NCBI GenBank assembly: GCA_030620155.1
Contig: JAUXFF010000001.1
Location: 1 to 55,631 of the forward strand
From: Candidatus Cloacimonadota bacterium
GTDB lineage: Bacteria > Cloacimonadota > Cloacimonadia > Cloacimonadales > TCS61
Direction: 5' to 3'
DNA length: 55,631 nucleotides
Part shown: piece by piece, positions 9,964-18,990 of the stretch
How the letters are laid out: each line of letters starts with the position of its first letter
Numbering within the stretch: position 1 is the stretch's first letter
Notes under the pieces: model-generated
Seen by the model: the letters and a program-made list of their open reading frames with translations, nothing else
Told to the model about the DNA's origin: nothing
The model's database searches: none
Position numbers and translations under genes: made by a program

Positions 9964-10614
9964 TCACAAGACCGCTTCCTTATTTATATAATAATATTTC
10001 CATTTTTTATAATTACTTATAAATCCAGCCTTAACAGGATTATTAAGAACATAATATTTCGTTTGATAATATTCTTCATCATTACGAATAACATGGTCAT
10101 AATTTTCATGAAGCCAGAATTGTCCACTACGATGTAATATTTTATTAGATTCAACAGCAGTGAAGCTTTTATGTTCTTTCATAATTTTAGCTATGGATAT
10201 TTGTTTTCCGAATTCATCCTTAATAGGCTTTAAAACTAAATGAACATGATTTGGCATTACTATGCAATAGTGTAATTCATACAATTTATTATGATTAAAA
10301 AGTAAACTTTCAGTTACTAATTTAGCAATTCTATCATTTTTTAACCATAATGGACCGGAAGAGTATCTATCTATGTATTCATCTTCAATCTGAAAAAGAA
10401 TTTTATTGATTATCATTTCTTCCTTTTTTCTTTCTACAGGATTTACTTTTATTAATTTTCTATCAAATTCTTTTCTTTTTGAGATTAATATTTCTAATAA
10501 ATCAGAGGGTAAAGAAAATGCAAGACGGTAAGTTACAAATAATATAGCATCTTCCGGCTGATAATGCGGAAGATTCCTTTTGTAGTATATCTTATGTTCT
10601 AATAATTCACTCAT
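9964..10614 (-). CDS. REP-associated tyrosine transposase (RAYT; Y1 HUH, IS200/IS605 TnpA-like)
   Basis: YKRNLPHYQP N-terminus, HUH motif VMPNHVHLVL, then FWLHENYDHVIRNDEEY and the tyrosine motif YYVLNNPVKAGF. Confidence 0.8.
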   Translation of the reverse strand: MSELLEHKIYYKRNLPHYQPEDAILFVTYRLAFSLPSDLLEILISKRKEFDRKLIKVNPVERKKEEMIINKILFQIEDEYIDRYSSGPLWLKNDRIAKLVTESLLFNHNKLYELHYCIVMPNHVHLVLKPIKDEFGKQISIAKIMKEHKSFTAVESNKILHRSGQFWLHENYDHVIRNDEEYYQTKYYVLNNPVKAGFISNYKKWKYYYINKEAVL

Positions 10615-10639
10615 TTCGAATTTTATATTTTCCTTTAGT

Positions 10640-10752
10640 TTATAACTTCACAAACCCGAGGTTTGTGTTACCTGTAACTCAAAGCTTTTACTTTGCGAAA
10701 GACCACATTCTTTCTCTTATAACTTTCACAAACCAGAGGTTTGTGTTACCTT
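10640..10752. repeat. two copies of a CACAAAC/GTTTGTG hairpin unit plus a CAAAG/CTTTG hairpin upstream of the RAYT gene
   Basis: TATAACTT(T)CACAAACC(C/A)GAGGTTTGTGTTACCT, with stems at 10649-10667 and 10727-10745. GTAACTCAAAGCTTTTACTTTGCGAAAG lies at 10674-10701. The second copy supplies the last codons and stop of rdgB. Confidence 0.8.
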
Positions 10753-11322
10753 CAATATCAGGATAATCTTCCTGAAAGCTCTTCCTCTATGACTTATTTT
10801 GTGTTTCTCGATCTCTGTCATTTCTCCAAAGGTTCTACCGGTTTCAACCGAACGAAAAATGGGATCATACCCAAATCCATTATTCCCAAACTCTTTTGTT
10901 GTGATAATTCCTTTAACTTCACCTGTTGCTGTTCCAATTAAACCTTCAGGAGAAGCAAGAGCGACTACAGTTTGAAATTGTGCTTCTCGATTTTTAATAT
11001 TTTTCATTGCATTCAACAGCTTGGTTCGGTTATCCTTGTAAGTACATTCTTCCCCAGCATAACGTGATGAATAAACTCCCGGTACTCCATTTAATGCATC
11101 AACAAATAATCCTGTATCATCTGCAAGAGTCAGTAATCCCGATTTTTTTGCACATTCCACAGCTTTTTTAATTGCATTACCTTCAATTGTATCTCTATCT
11201 TCAATAACATCAGGCAAACCGGGAATATCTAAAGCTGTTATAAACTCAAAATCAACTTCTTTGAGAACTTCCCTGATTTCTCTTATTTTGTCTTTATTCC
11301 TGGAAGCGATTAGCAACTTCAT
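10726..11322 (-). CDS. rdgB: RdgB/HAM1-family non-canonical purine NTP pyrophosphatase
   Basis: MKLLIASRNKDKIREI N-terminus, DDTGLFVDALNGVPGVYSSRYAG, FGYDPIF and SHRGRAF motifs. Confidence 0.85.
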   Translation of the reverse strand: MKLLIASRNKDKIREIREVLKEVDFEFITALDIPGLPDVIEDRDTIEGNAIKKAVECAKKSGLLTLADDTGLFVDALNGVPGVYSSRYAGEECTYKDNRTKLLNAMKNIKNREAQFQTVVALASPEGLIGTATGEVKGIITTKEFGNNGFGYDPIFRSVETGRTFGEMTEIEKHKISHRGRAFRKIILILKVTQTSGL

Positions 11323-11888
11323 TTACCGATTCCTTTCACCCATTTTTTAATTTTTCTAAGGAAATTTTTATCCAGGAATTGTTCAGCACTTAATGAAATT
11401 TTTTGAAGTAGTTCCAAAACATCTTCATCTCCACTCCAGTTATCTAATAAAACCTGTTTATCAAGTTCATTCAAAATCAAATTCAAACCATAAACTGTAA
11501 GAACCAGGTCATCAATATAACCTATGATCGGAATGAAATCCGGAATGATATCTATAGGCATGATGATATATGCGATGATACCACCGACAAATGCTTTCTG
11601 GGTTTTAGTAACTCTTTTATCAACTGCAAGACGACACAGAAGAATGAAGAAATCAGGTAAAGTTAAAAGGTAGTTAGCTAACTTGCCACCGGTTTCACCT
11701 GTATTGTTCTTTACAAATTTATAGATCCTTTTTCTGAGAATCTCATAAAATTGAAGTTTCCTTTTGTCTTCGATGAAAACAACCTTTTCTTTAATTTTCT
11801 CTTTCTCCTGTTCAGGAATCTCTTTGGATTCAACCTGTTCAATTTTCTCATTGTTATCAGTTGCTTCATTATTACTTTTTTCGTTCAT
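11319..11888 (-). CDS. DUF1232 (YkvA-like) membrane protein with acidic N-terminal extension
   Basis: IDIIPDFIPIIGYIDDL signature. A 4-nt overlap with rdgB suggests co-transcription. Confidence 0.65.
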   Translation of the reverse strand: MNEKSNNEATDNNEKIEQVESKEIPEQEKEKIKEKVVFIEDKRKLQFYEILRKRIYKFVKNNTGETGGKLANYLLTLPDFFILLCRLAVDKRVTKTQKAFVGGIIAYIIMPIDIIPDFIPIIGYIDDLVLTVYGLNLILNELDKQVLLDNWSGDEDVLELLQKISLSAEQFLDKNFLRKIKKWVKGIGK

Positions 11889-11912
11889 AACATCTCCTAT
11901 TTTATTTCAACA

Positions 11913-13346
11913 TCAAGGATATCTAAAAAGAATGATTAGAGCACTTTCTACTACTGAAGTGCCAGGAATAGTTGCATAAATTAAACCAGCTATTGAACCA
12001 GGTTCACCACCAATAGGTGCAGGACATTCATGCCTGTAAAACATCCAATCTTTATTAATTCGACCATGTTGATCCCACTCAATACCTGTATTTTCAGTGA
12101 ATGGATTATCATCATCATCAGTACCCATATCTACCGGTTGCCCGAGAGTTGAAAAGAATATTACTTGTTGATTATCAATCGGATTATTTTGTCCATCCCT
12201 AACTGAACCCCAGATTTCAGTAAACAGACTATCCGGGCTTTCCGGATCACTCTCAAACCAATCTAAATGACATGGAACAGAAACAATATCAATAACTGGA
12301 AATTGAATTGGTAAAGTAATTTCTACTGTCTCAGCAGGTATTCCTACTATTTCTGCTTGAACTATTAAAGAATCGTTAGTGTGGGACCCATCATATTCTA
12401 AGAAAGTAAAAGCTGTTCCTGGATATGTATCCCCATATGCATCTTCATAGCCAACATGAGCAACTGCTTCAATCGTTGCCCATTCAGGATTTTCCGGTAA
12501 TGAGAAATAAACACCCCAACCATCTTCAACAGGATTTCCCAGAATGTCTTCTATATATGCTGCGACTTCAATTCTCCAAAATCCATTACCCAGATTTTCA
12601 CCAGTATTAATACCTCCAATTGTTAGTTCTATTGTTTCTGGTGCAAAAGTGTGAACATATATACCCTCTTTTATAATAGAGATTTCAATATTACTGGAAT
12701 TGTAAGTATATACTTTAATAGAAGCAGTTCCTGGTTGATTCCCTCCATATAATGTTACAGTAGCAATACCATCAACAGTTTGAGCATAGATTGAATCAGT
12801 TGTGTTATAAACTATATTGTTTATATTAGTGCCTTCAGGTCGGGTCACAAATTTGAACCAAACCTCATAATCCCTTTGAACATTATTCCCATTGCTATCT
12901 TTCAGGGTTGCATGATATTCAGTGGGAATGAAAGGATAAAGGTGGATTTGACCTCCGATTAATGGATTATAAATGTAACTTACATCATTATAAAAAAAAT
13001 CTATGCTTGCTTCAATAAAATCAGAGAATTCTTCATCAGCAAAGGCTCTGATTCGATATACATAATTATCGATAGCTATTAAATTTGAATCTATAAATGT
13101 TGTTGCATTTTCAGATAAGATTTGATAGTTCTCTTCCCATTCATTTTCACCAATTTTTCTATCTAAACGAAATCCTTCTTCTGCTGTGCTGTTATCCTGC
13201 CATGTAAGTTGTATACATTCAAGATTTATTTGTTCTAAACTAAGGTTTGATGGTGCTGTTAAGCTATCATCAGGAGATATAGTTTCTTTTGAACATGATA
13301 ATATAAAAAGAACAATAATTAATATAAAATAAATTCTAATTTTCAT
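11913..13346 (-). CDS. surface lipoprotein paralogue A (lipobox, FN3-like domain, Ig-like repeats)
   Basis: Signal peptide plus lipobox (FILSCSKE). FN3-like LTAPSNLSLEQINLECIQLTWQDNS...YRIRAF. Start set at MKIRIYF (ATG 13346), preceded by GGAG. Confidence 0.7.
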   Translation of the reverse strand: MKIRIYFILIIVLFILSCSKETISPDDSLTAPSNLSLEQINLECIQLTWQDNSTAEEGFRLDRKIGENEWEENYQILSENATTFIDSNLIAIDNYVYRIRAFADEEFSDFIEASIDFFYNDVSYIYNPLIGGQIHLYPFIPTEYHATLKDSNGNNVQRDYEVWFKFVTRPEGTNINNIVYNTTDSIYAQTVDGIATVTLYGGNQPGTASIKVYTYNSSNIEISIIKEGIYVHTFAPETIELTIGGINTGENLGNGFWRIEVAAYIEDILGNPVEDGWGVYFSLPENPEWATIEAVAHVGYEDAYGDTYPGTAFTFLEYDGSHTNDSLIVQAEIVGIPAETVEITLPIQFPVIDIVSVPCHLDWFESDPESPDSLFTEIWGSVRDGQNNPIDNQQVIFFSTLGQPVDMGTDDDDNPFTENTGIEWDQHGRINKDWMFYRHECPAPIGGEPGSIAGLIYATIPGTSVVESALIILFRYP

Positions 13347-13370
13347 TGTTCTCTTCTCCAATTTAAAACA

Positions 13371-14801
13371 TTAGGGATATCTAATAAGAACGATTGTAAC
13401 ACTTTCATATACTGATGTGCCAAGAATAGTTGCACTAATTAAAGCAGTTGATGTCCCAGGTTCATCGCCAGCAGGTGGTGGGCATTCATACCTGTAAAAT
13501 ATCCAATCTTTAATAATAAGACCGGATTGATCCAATATAATCCCAGTTTGCTCAGTATGGGGATTATTATCGTCATCAGTACCCATATCTACCGGCTGTC
13601 CGAGAGTTGAAAAGAATATTACCTGTTGATTATTAATCGGATTATTTTGTCCATCGTGTATTGAAACATGAACTGTTGCAATTAGACTATCCGGGCTTTC
13701 AGGATCACTCTCAAACCAATCTAAATGACCTGGAACAACATAAATATCAATAACTGGAAATTGAATTGGTAAAGTAATTTCTACTGTCTCAGCAAGTATT
13801 CCTCCTATTTCAGCTTGAACTAATAAAGAATCGTTAGTGTGGGAACCATCATATTCTAAGAATGTAAAAGCTGTTCCTGGATATGTATCCCCATTTGCAT
13901 CTTCATTACCAACATAAGCAGCAGCTTCAATCATTGCCCATTCAGGATTTTCCGGTAATGAGAAATAAACAGCAGTTCCATCTTCAACAGGATTACCAGA
14001 TATATCAGCTATCATAGCTGTTACCTGTAATCGCCAGATACCACCCCCCATATCTTCTGCAGTATTGATCCCTCCAATTGTTATATTTATTGAATTCGGG
14101 ATTCCGGAATAAATTATTATGTTAGATTGCACAATTGATATTTCCGCATTTTCAGAATTGTAAGTATATACTTTAATAGCAGCAGTTCCAGGCTGACTTC
14201 CAGCATTTAACGAAACAACGGCAATACCATTATAAGACAGAACTGAGATGGAATCTGTTGTATTATACAGTATATTATTTATATTAGTACCCTCAGGTCT
14301 GTACATAAATTTGAACCAAACATCATAATCCCTTTGAACATAATTTCCATTGCTATCTTTTAATGCGACCCTATACTCATATGATTCATAAGATGGAAGA
14401 ATAATCATTCCTGTAGATAACGGCTCTATAAAACAAACATCATAATAAAAAAAATCTATGCTTGCATCAATAAAATAAGAGAATTCTTCAATAGCAAAGG
14501 CTCTGATTCTATATACATAATTATCTATAGCTATTAAATTTGAATCTATAAATGTCGTTGAGTTTTCAGATAAGATTTGATAGTTTTCTTCCCATTCATT
14601 TTCACCAATTTTTCTATTTAAATGAAATCCTTCTTCTGCTGTGCTGTTATCCTGCCAGGTAAGTTGTATACATTCAAGATTTATTTGTTCTAAACTAAGG
14701 TTCGATGGTGCTGTTAAGCTATCATCGGGAGATATAGTTTCTTTTGAACATGACAATATAAAAAGAATAATGATTAATACAAAATAAATTCTAATTTTCA
14801 T
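13371..14801 (-). CDS. surface lipoprotein paralogue B
   Basis: Same architecture as A. The first ~100 codons are nearly identical to A at nucleotide level. Start set at MKIRIYF (ATG 14801), preceded by GGAGAG. Confidence 0.7.
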   Translation of the reverse strand: MKIRIYFVLIIILFILSCSKETISPDDSLTAPSNLSLEQINLECIQLTWQDNSTAEEGFHLNRKIGENEWEENYQILSENSTTFIDSNLIAIDNYVYRIRAFAIEEFSYFIDASIDFFYYDVCFIEPLSTGMIILPSYESYEYRVALKDSNGNYVQRDYDVWFKFMYRPEGTNINNILYNTTDSISVLSYNGIAVVSLNAGSQPGTAAIKVYTYNSENAEISIVQSNIIIYSGIPNSINITIGGINTAEDMGGGIWRLQVTAMIADISGNPVEDGTAVYFSLPENPEWAMIEAAAYVGNEDANGDTYPGTAFTFLEYDGSHTNDSLLVQAEIGGILAETVEITLPIQFPVIDIYVVPGHLDWFESDPESPDSLIATVHVSIHDGQNNPINNQQVIFFSTLGQPVDMGTDDDNNPHTEQTGIILDQSGLIIKDWIFYRYECPPPAGDEPGTSTALISATILGTSVYESVTIVLIRYP

Positions 14802-14812
14802 TATTCTCTCCA

Positions 14813-16255
14813 TCAAGGATATCTAAAAAGCGTTATAGGGATTTCATTTTCTACTGAAGTTCCGGGAATAGATACAATTATCGTTCCAGTTATTGTTCCA
14901 GGTTCATCACCAACAGGTGGTGGGCATTCATCCCTGTAAAACATCCAATCTTTATCAATTCGACCATGTTGATACAATATAATTCCAGTTTGCTCAGTAT
15001 AGGGATTATCATCGTCATCAGTACACATATCTACCGGCTGCCCGAGAGTTGAAAAGAATATTACTTGTTGATTATCAATTGGATTATTTTGTCCATCGTG
15101 TATTGTAATATGAAATGATGCTATTAGACTATCCGGGCTTTCCGGATCACTCTCAAACCATGCCAAAGAGTCATGTTGATTCATTGGAATAATATCCATA
15201 ACAGGAAATTGAATTGGTAGAATAACTTCTTCCGTTTCGATAAATATTCCTGCTGCTTCAACTTGAATTAATAAAGTATCGTTAGTGTGGTAACCATCAT
15301 ATTCTAAGAATGTAAAAGCTGTTCCTGGATATGTTTCTCCATTTTCATTTTCATTGCCTACATAAGCAGAAGCCTCAATCGAAGCCCATTCAGGATTTTC
15401 CGGTAAAGAGCAATAAACAGCAGTTCCAAGAGCTACAGAGTTACCATACATATCAGTTATCATAACTGCTACCTGTAATCGCCAGAAACCACCACTAATA
15501 TCTTCTGCAGTACTAATTCCTCCAAGTGTTACATCTATTGAATTCGGGGCTCCGGGATGAATTACTATGTCAGAGTGCGTAGTTGATATTTCTACATTTT
15601 CAGAATTGTAAGTATAGGCTTTTATTGCTGCTGTTCCGGGTGTATTACCCGCATTTAAAGTTACAGAAGCAATTCCGTTTTCAGATTGAACAGAGATAGA
15701 ATCATTGGTATTGAAAATAATATTATTGAAATTTGTTCCTTCCGGTTTATAAAGAAATTTAAACCATACATCAAATATTCTTTGAACATAATTTCCATTA
15801 CTATCTTTTAATGCTACCCTATACTCAAATGATTCATTAGGTAAAAGATCAATTATTCCGGTAAAGAACGGCTCTATAAAACTAACATCATTATAAGAAA
15901 AATTTATTTCAGATCCAACATAACCTGAAATAATTTCATCTCTAAAGGCATATACACGATAATAATAAGTATCTATAGTAAAAAGATTAGAATCTATAAA
16001 TGTCGTTGAGTTTTCAGATAAGATTTGATAGTTTTCTTCCCACTCATTTTCACCAATTTTTCTATCTATTCTGAATCCATCTTCATCTGAACTGTTATCT
16101 TGCCAGGTAAGTTGTATACTTTCAAAACCTATCTGTGATAGAACAAGATCCGTTGGTGCAGAAAGGATGTAATCAGTTTCAGTTGTTTTTTTAGAACATG
16201 ATATTATCAAAAACAAAATTATAAATAGTATTGAGAATTTTTTATACTTATTCAT
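14813..16255 (-). CDS. surface lipoprotein paralogue C
   Basis: MNKYKKFSILFIILFLIISCSKK lipobox, the same FN3-like and C-terminal blocks (VIFFSTLGQPVDM.TDDDDNP), and the ending FRYP as in A. Confidence 0.7.
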   Translation of the reverse strand: MNKYKKFSILFIILFLIISCSKKTTETDYILSAPTDLVLSQIGFESIQLTWQDNSSDEDGFRIDRKIGENEWEENYQILSENSTTFIDSNLFTIDTYYYRVYAFRDEIISGYVGSEINFSYNDVSFIEPFFTGIIDLLPNESFEYRVALKDSNGNYVQRIFDVWFKFLYKPEGTNFNNIIFNTNDSISVQSENGIASVTLNAGNTPGTAAIKAYTYNSENVEISTTHSDIVIHPGAPNSIDVTLGGISTAEDISGGFWRLQVAVMITDMYGNSVALGTAVYCSLPENPEWASIEASAYVGNENENGETYPGTAFTFLEYDGYHTNDTLLIQVEAAGIFIETEEVILPIQFPVMDIIPMNQHDSLAWFESDPESPDSLIASFHITIHDGQNNPIDNQQVIFFSTLGQPVDMCTDDDDNPYTEQTGIILYQHGRIDKDWMFYRDECPPPVGDEPGTITGTIIVSIPGTSVENEIPITLFRYP

Positions 16256-16281
16256 TTTAAAAAATCAATAAGGTTGGAATT

Positions 16282-18978
16282 TCAACTCAACCCCGCTAAA
16301 ATCTGACTGGTTTTATCAACCTTTGTTTTAACCTCATTATACTTTTCCTGTTCTTTCTTGACTATATGATAAGGAGCATTAGCTAAGAACTTCTCATTAT
16401 GTAACTTAGCGTTGATAACTTGAAGTTCTTTCTCAAGTCTGGAAAGTTGTTTTTCCAGCTTTGTTTTTTCAGCGTTCAGATCAATAAGACCTTCCAATGG
16501 CAAATAAATTTCGATGTTTCTAACAACTGCTGCAATACTGGATTTTGGTTTTGAAATGTCAACTCCAATTTTAATATTAGAAACTTTCGCCAGTTTCTGA
16601 AAATAATTTTTATATGATTCAATGAGTGTTATCTGTTTTTCTTCGGATACTTTAACTATTGCTTCGATTTCCAGTCCCGGAGCAAGATTTACCTGTTTAC
16701 GCAGATTTCTGATAGCCACAATCGATTCCTGGATCAGTTTCATTTCTTTATCTATCTTTCTATTTATCAAAGACTTATCCTGCTGCGGGAAGGCAGCCAG
16801 AACTATTGTTTCTTCTTCCATCGGGAAATAATTCTTTATTCCTTGCCAGATTTCTTCAGTAATGAAAGGCATTATGGGTTGCAGTAATCGCATGGAAGTT
16901 TGAAGAACATCTAAAAGGATATATTTTGCTGTAAGTTGAGCTTGTTTATCGTCATTATTATAAATTCTATCTTTGGAAAGTTCCAGATACCAACTGCAGA
17001 ATTCTTTCCAGATGAAATCCATCAAAACATTAGCAGCATCATTTAACCTGAGAGATTCATAGTTCTTTTCAACTTCAGAGATAACTTCGTTTAATCTACT
17101 GTATATCCATTTATCCGCAAGTTCAAGTTTATATCCTTCGACTGAGTCTGTCCTGAGCGTAGACGAAGGGCTCAGGATGACATTCCTTGATGGAAGCCCT
17201 TTTATCTTTTCTGCATTCATCATTATAAAACGATAAGCATTCCATATCTTATTAGCAAAATTTCTTCCTGTTTCCAGGATAGAATTAGAATAATAACTAT
17301 CTTGTCCTTTAGGTGTGTTGAAGATCATACCGAAGCGAAGAGCATCTGCTCCAACTTCATTAATAATATCTATTGGATCAGGAGAATTTCCGAGCGATTT
17401 ACTCATTCTTCTTCCAATTTCATCTAAAACCATTCCATGGAGAAGAACAGTATCGAAAGGTATTTTATCTTTGAATTCCAATGTAGCCATAATCATCCTG
17501 GCAACCCACAGATAGATGATATCCGGTGCAGTAACCAGCAAATTAGTGGGAAGGAAATAATTCAGTTCTTCGGTTTCTTCGGGCCAGCCTAAGGTTGAAA
17601 ATGGCCAGAGCCAGCTTGAGAACCATGTATCGAGCACATCTTCATCTTGTTTGAATTGATTATGCCCACATTTTGGACAGGTCTCAGGTTCCTCTTTAGC
17701 AACTACGATCTCTTCACAGTTCCGGCAATAATAAACCGGTATTCTGTGGCCCCACCAGATTTGACGCGATACACACCAATCCCGAACATTTTCCATCCAA
17801 TGCAAATATACTTTTATCCATCTCTGTGGCTGAAATTTTATCTGTCCGTCTTTAACAACCTCAATAGCTCTTCTGGCAAGAGGTTTCATCTTAACGAACC
17901 ATTGGTCAGAAAGATATGGTTCGATAATCGTATCACAACGATAGCACTGTCCAACAGCAAGCTCGTGAGGTTTTATCTCTCCCATAAGTCCTTTTTCTTT
18001 TAATCCTTTAACAATTTTATCACGTGCTTCAAATCTATCCAGACCCATAAATTCTTTTCCTGCATTTTCATTCATTACGCCATGTTCGTCAATAACTATA
18101 ACCTGCTCAAGATCATGTCGCAAACCGATCTCATAATCATTTGGATCATGAGCTGGTGTAACTTTCACGCAACCGCTTCCAAATTCCATATCAACAAACT
18201 CATCTGCAATAATTGGAATTTCGCGTTCAATAAACGGTAGCACAACAGTTTTACCAACAAAGGCTTTATACCGTTCATCTTCAGGGTTTACAGCTACAGC
18301 AGTATCTCCGAGCATAGTTTCGGGTCGTGTTGTTGCCACTGTAACATATCCTTTTCCATCCTTGAAAGGATACCTGAGATCCCAGAGATAACCTTTTTCA
18401 TCTTCATGCTCAACTTCATCGTTCGAAAGTGCTGTAACGCACCGCGGACACCAGTTGATAATACGTTTTCCTTTATAAATAAGCCCTTTTTCATATAGTT
18501 TTACGAAAACTTCTTTAACTGCTTTTGAAAGTCCTTCATCCATTGTGAATCTCTGTTTTGTCCAATCACAGGAACAACCAAGTTGCTTTAATTGTTCTAT
18601 TATTCTATCACCTTTTTCTTCTTTCCATTTCCAGATACGTTTTATCAATTCTTCTCTACCAATTTCATGACGTGTTTTTCCTTCTTTTGTTAGTTCTTTT
18701 TCGACCATGTTCTGAGTGGCGATACCAGCATGATCAACACCTGGAAGCCATAAAGTGGGGATTCCTGTCATTCTTTTATAACGTATCATCACATCCTGAA
18801 GAGTATTATTCAAAACATGTCCCATATGCAAAATATTTGTAACATTCGGCGGTGGAATTAAAATTGTAAAAGGTTTTTTATTTTTTACTATTTCTGGCGT
18901 AAAATAACCTTTTTCTATCCAGTGTTTATACCATTTTTTTTCAATTTTCTGTGGTTCATAGTTTTTATTTATTTCCAT
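16282..18978 (-). CDS. valS: valine--tRNA ligase
   Basis: Class I HIGH region (PPPNVTNILHMGHV), KMSKS (RMSKSLGN), TTRPETMLGDTAVAVNP editing-domain motif and a C-terminal coiled coil. Start moved to MEINKNYEP (ATG 18978) because the 13 upstream codons lie in a repeat. Confidence 0.92.
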   Translation of the reverse strand: MEINKNYEPQKIEKKWYKHWIEKGYFTPEIVKNKKPFTILIPPPNVTNILHMGHVLNNTLQDVMIRYKRMTGIPTLWLPGVDHAGIATQNMVEKELTKEGKTRHEIGREELIKRIWKWKEEKGDRIIEQLKQLGCSCDWTKQRFTMDEGLSKAVKEVFVKLYEKGLIYKGKRIINWCPRCVTALSNDEVEHEDEKGYLWDLRYPFKDGKGYVTVATTRPETMLGDTAVAVNPEDERYKAFVGKTVVLPFIEREIPIIADEFVDMEFGSGCVKVTPAHDPNDYEIGLRHDLEQVIVIDEHGVMNENAGKEFMGLDRFEARDKIVKGLKEKGLMGEIKPHELAVGQCYRCDTIIEPYLSDQWFVKMKPLARRAIEVVKDGQIKFQPQRWIKVYLHWMENVRDWCVSRQIWWGHRIPVYYCRNCEEIVVAKEEPETCPKCGHNQFKQDEDVLDTWFSSWLWPFSTLGWPEETEELNYFLPTNLLVTAPDIIYLWVARMIMATLEFKDKIPFDTVLLHGMVLDEIGRRMSKSLGNSPDPIDIINEVGADALRFGMIFNTPKGQDSYYSNSILETGRNFANKIWNAYRFIMMNAEKIKGLPSRNVILSPSSTLRTDSVEGYKLELADKWIYSRLNEVISEVEKNYESLRLNDAANVLMDFIWKEFCSWYLELSKDRIYNNDDKQAQLTAKYILLDVLQTSMRLLQPIMPFITEEIWQGIKNYFPMEEETIVLAAFPQQDKSLINRKIDKEMKLIQESIVAIRNLRKQVNLAPGLEIEAIVKVSEEKQITLIESYKNYFQKLAKVSNIKIGVDISKPKSSIAAVVRNIEIYLPLEGLIDLNAEKTKLEKQLSRLEKELQVINAKLHNEKFLANAPYHIVKKEQEKYNEVKTKVDKTSQILAGLS
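17150..17181. repeat. 32-bp palindromic element embedded in frame in valS
   Basis: GTCCTGAGC-GTAGACGAAGG-GCTCAGGATGAC (8-bp stem TCCTGAGC/GCTCAGGA) is translated as VILSPSSTLRTD. It matches 47121-47152 at 29/32 positions by manual count. Confidence 0.8.
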
Positions 18979-18990
18979 ATTATTCCTTTT

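Noticed and set aside
9884-9967. N-terminal extensions in the ORF track: PMM/PGM here, plus valS 18979-19017, MoCo subunit 33675-33710, cyclase 36427-36444 and T9SS gene 41346-41375
   Set aside because: For PMM/PGM, the cyclase and the T9SS gene, the internal ATG has a good GGAG-type RBS. The MoCo-subunit ATG overlaps the upstream stop (ATGAATAA). The PMM/PGM and valS extensions run into repeat elements.
11913-16255. Diversity-generating retroelement targeting the variable lipoprotein paralogues
   Set aside because: No reverse transcriptase, template repeat or adenine-specific mutation pattern could be seen. Gene conversion among tandem copies is a sufficient explanation.
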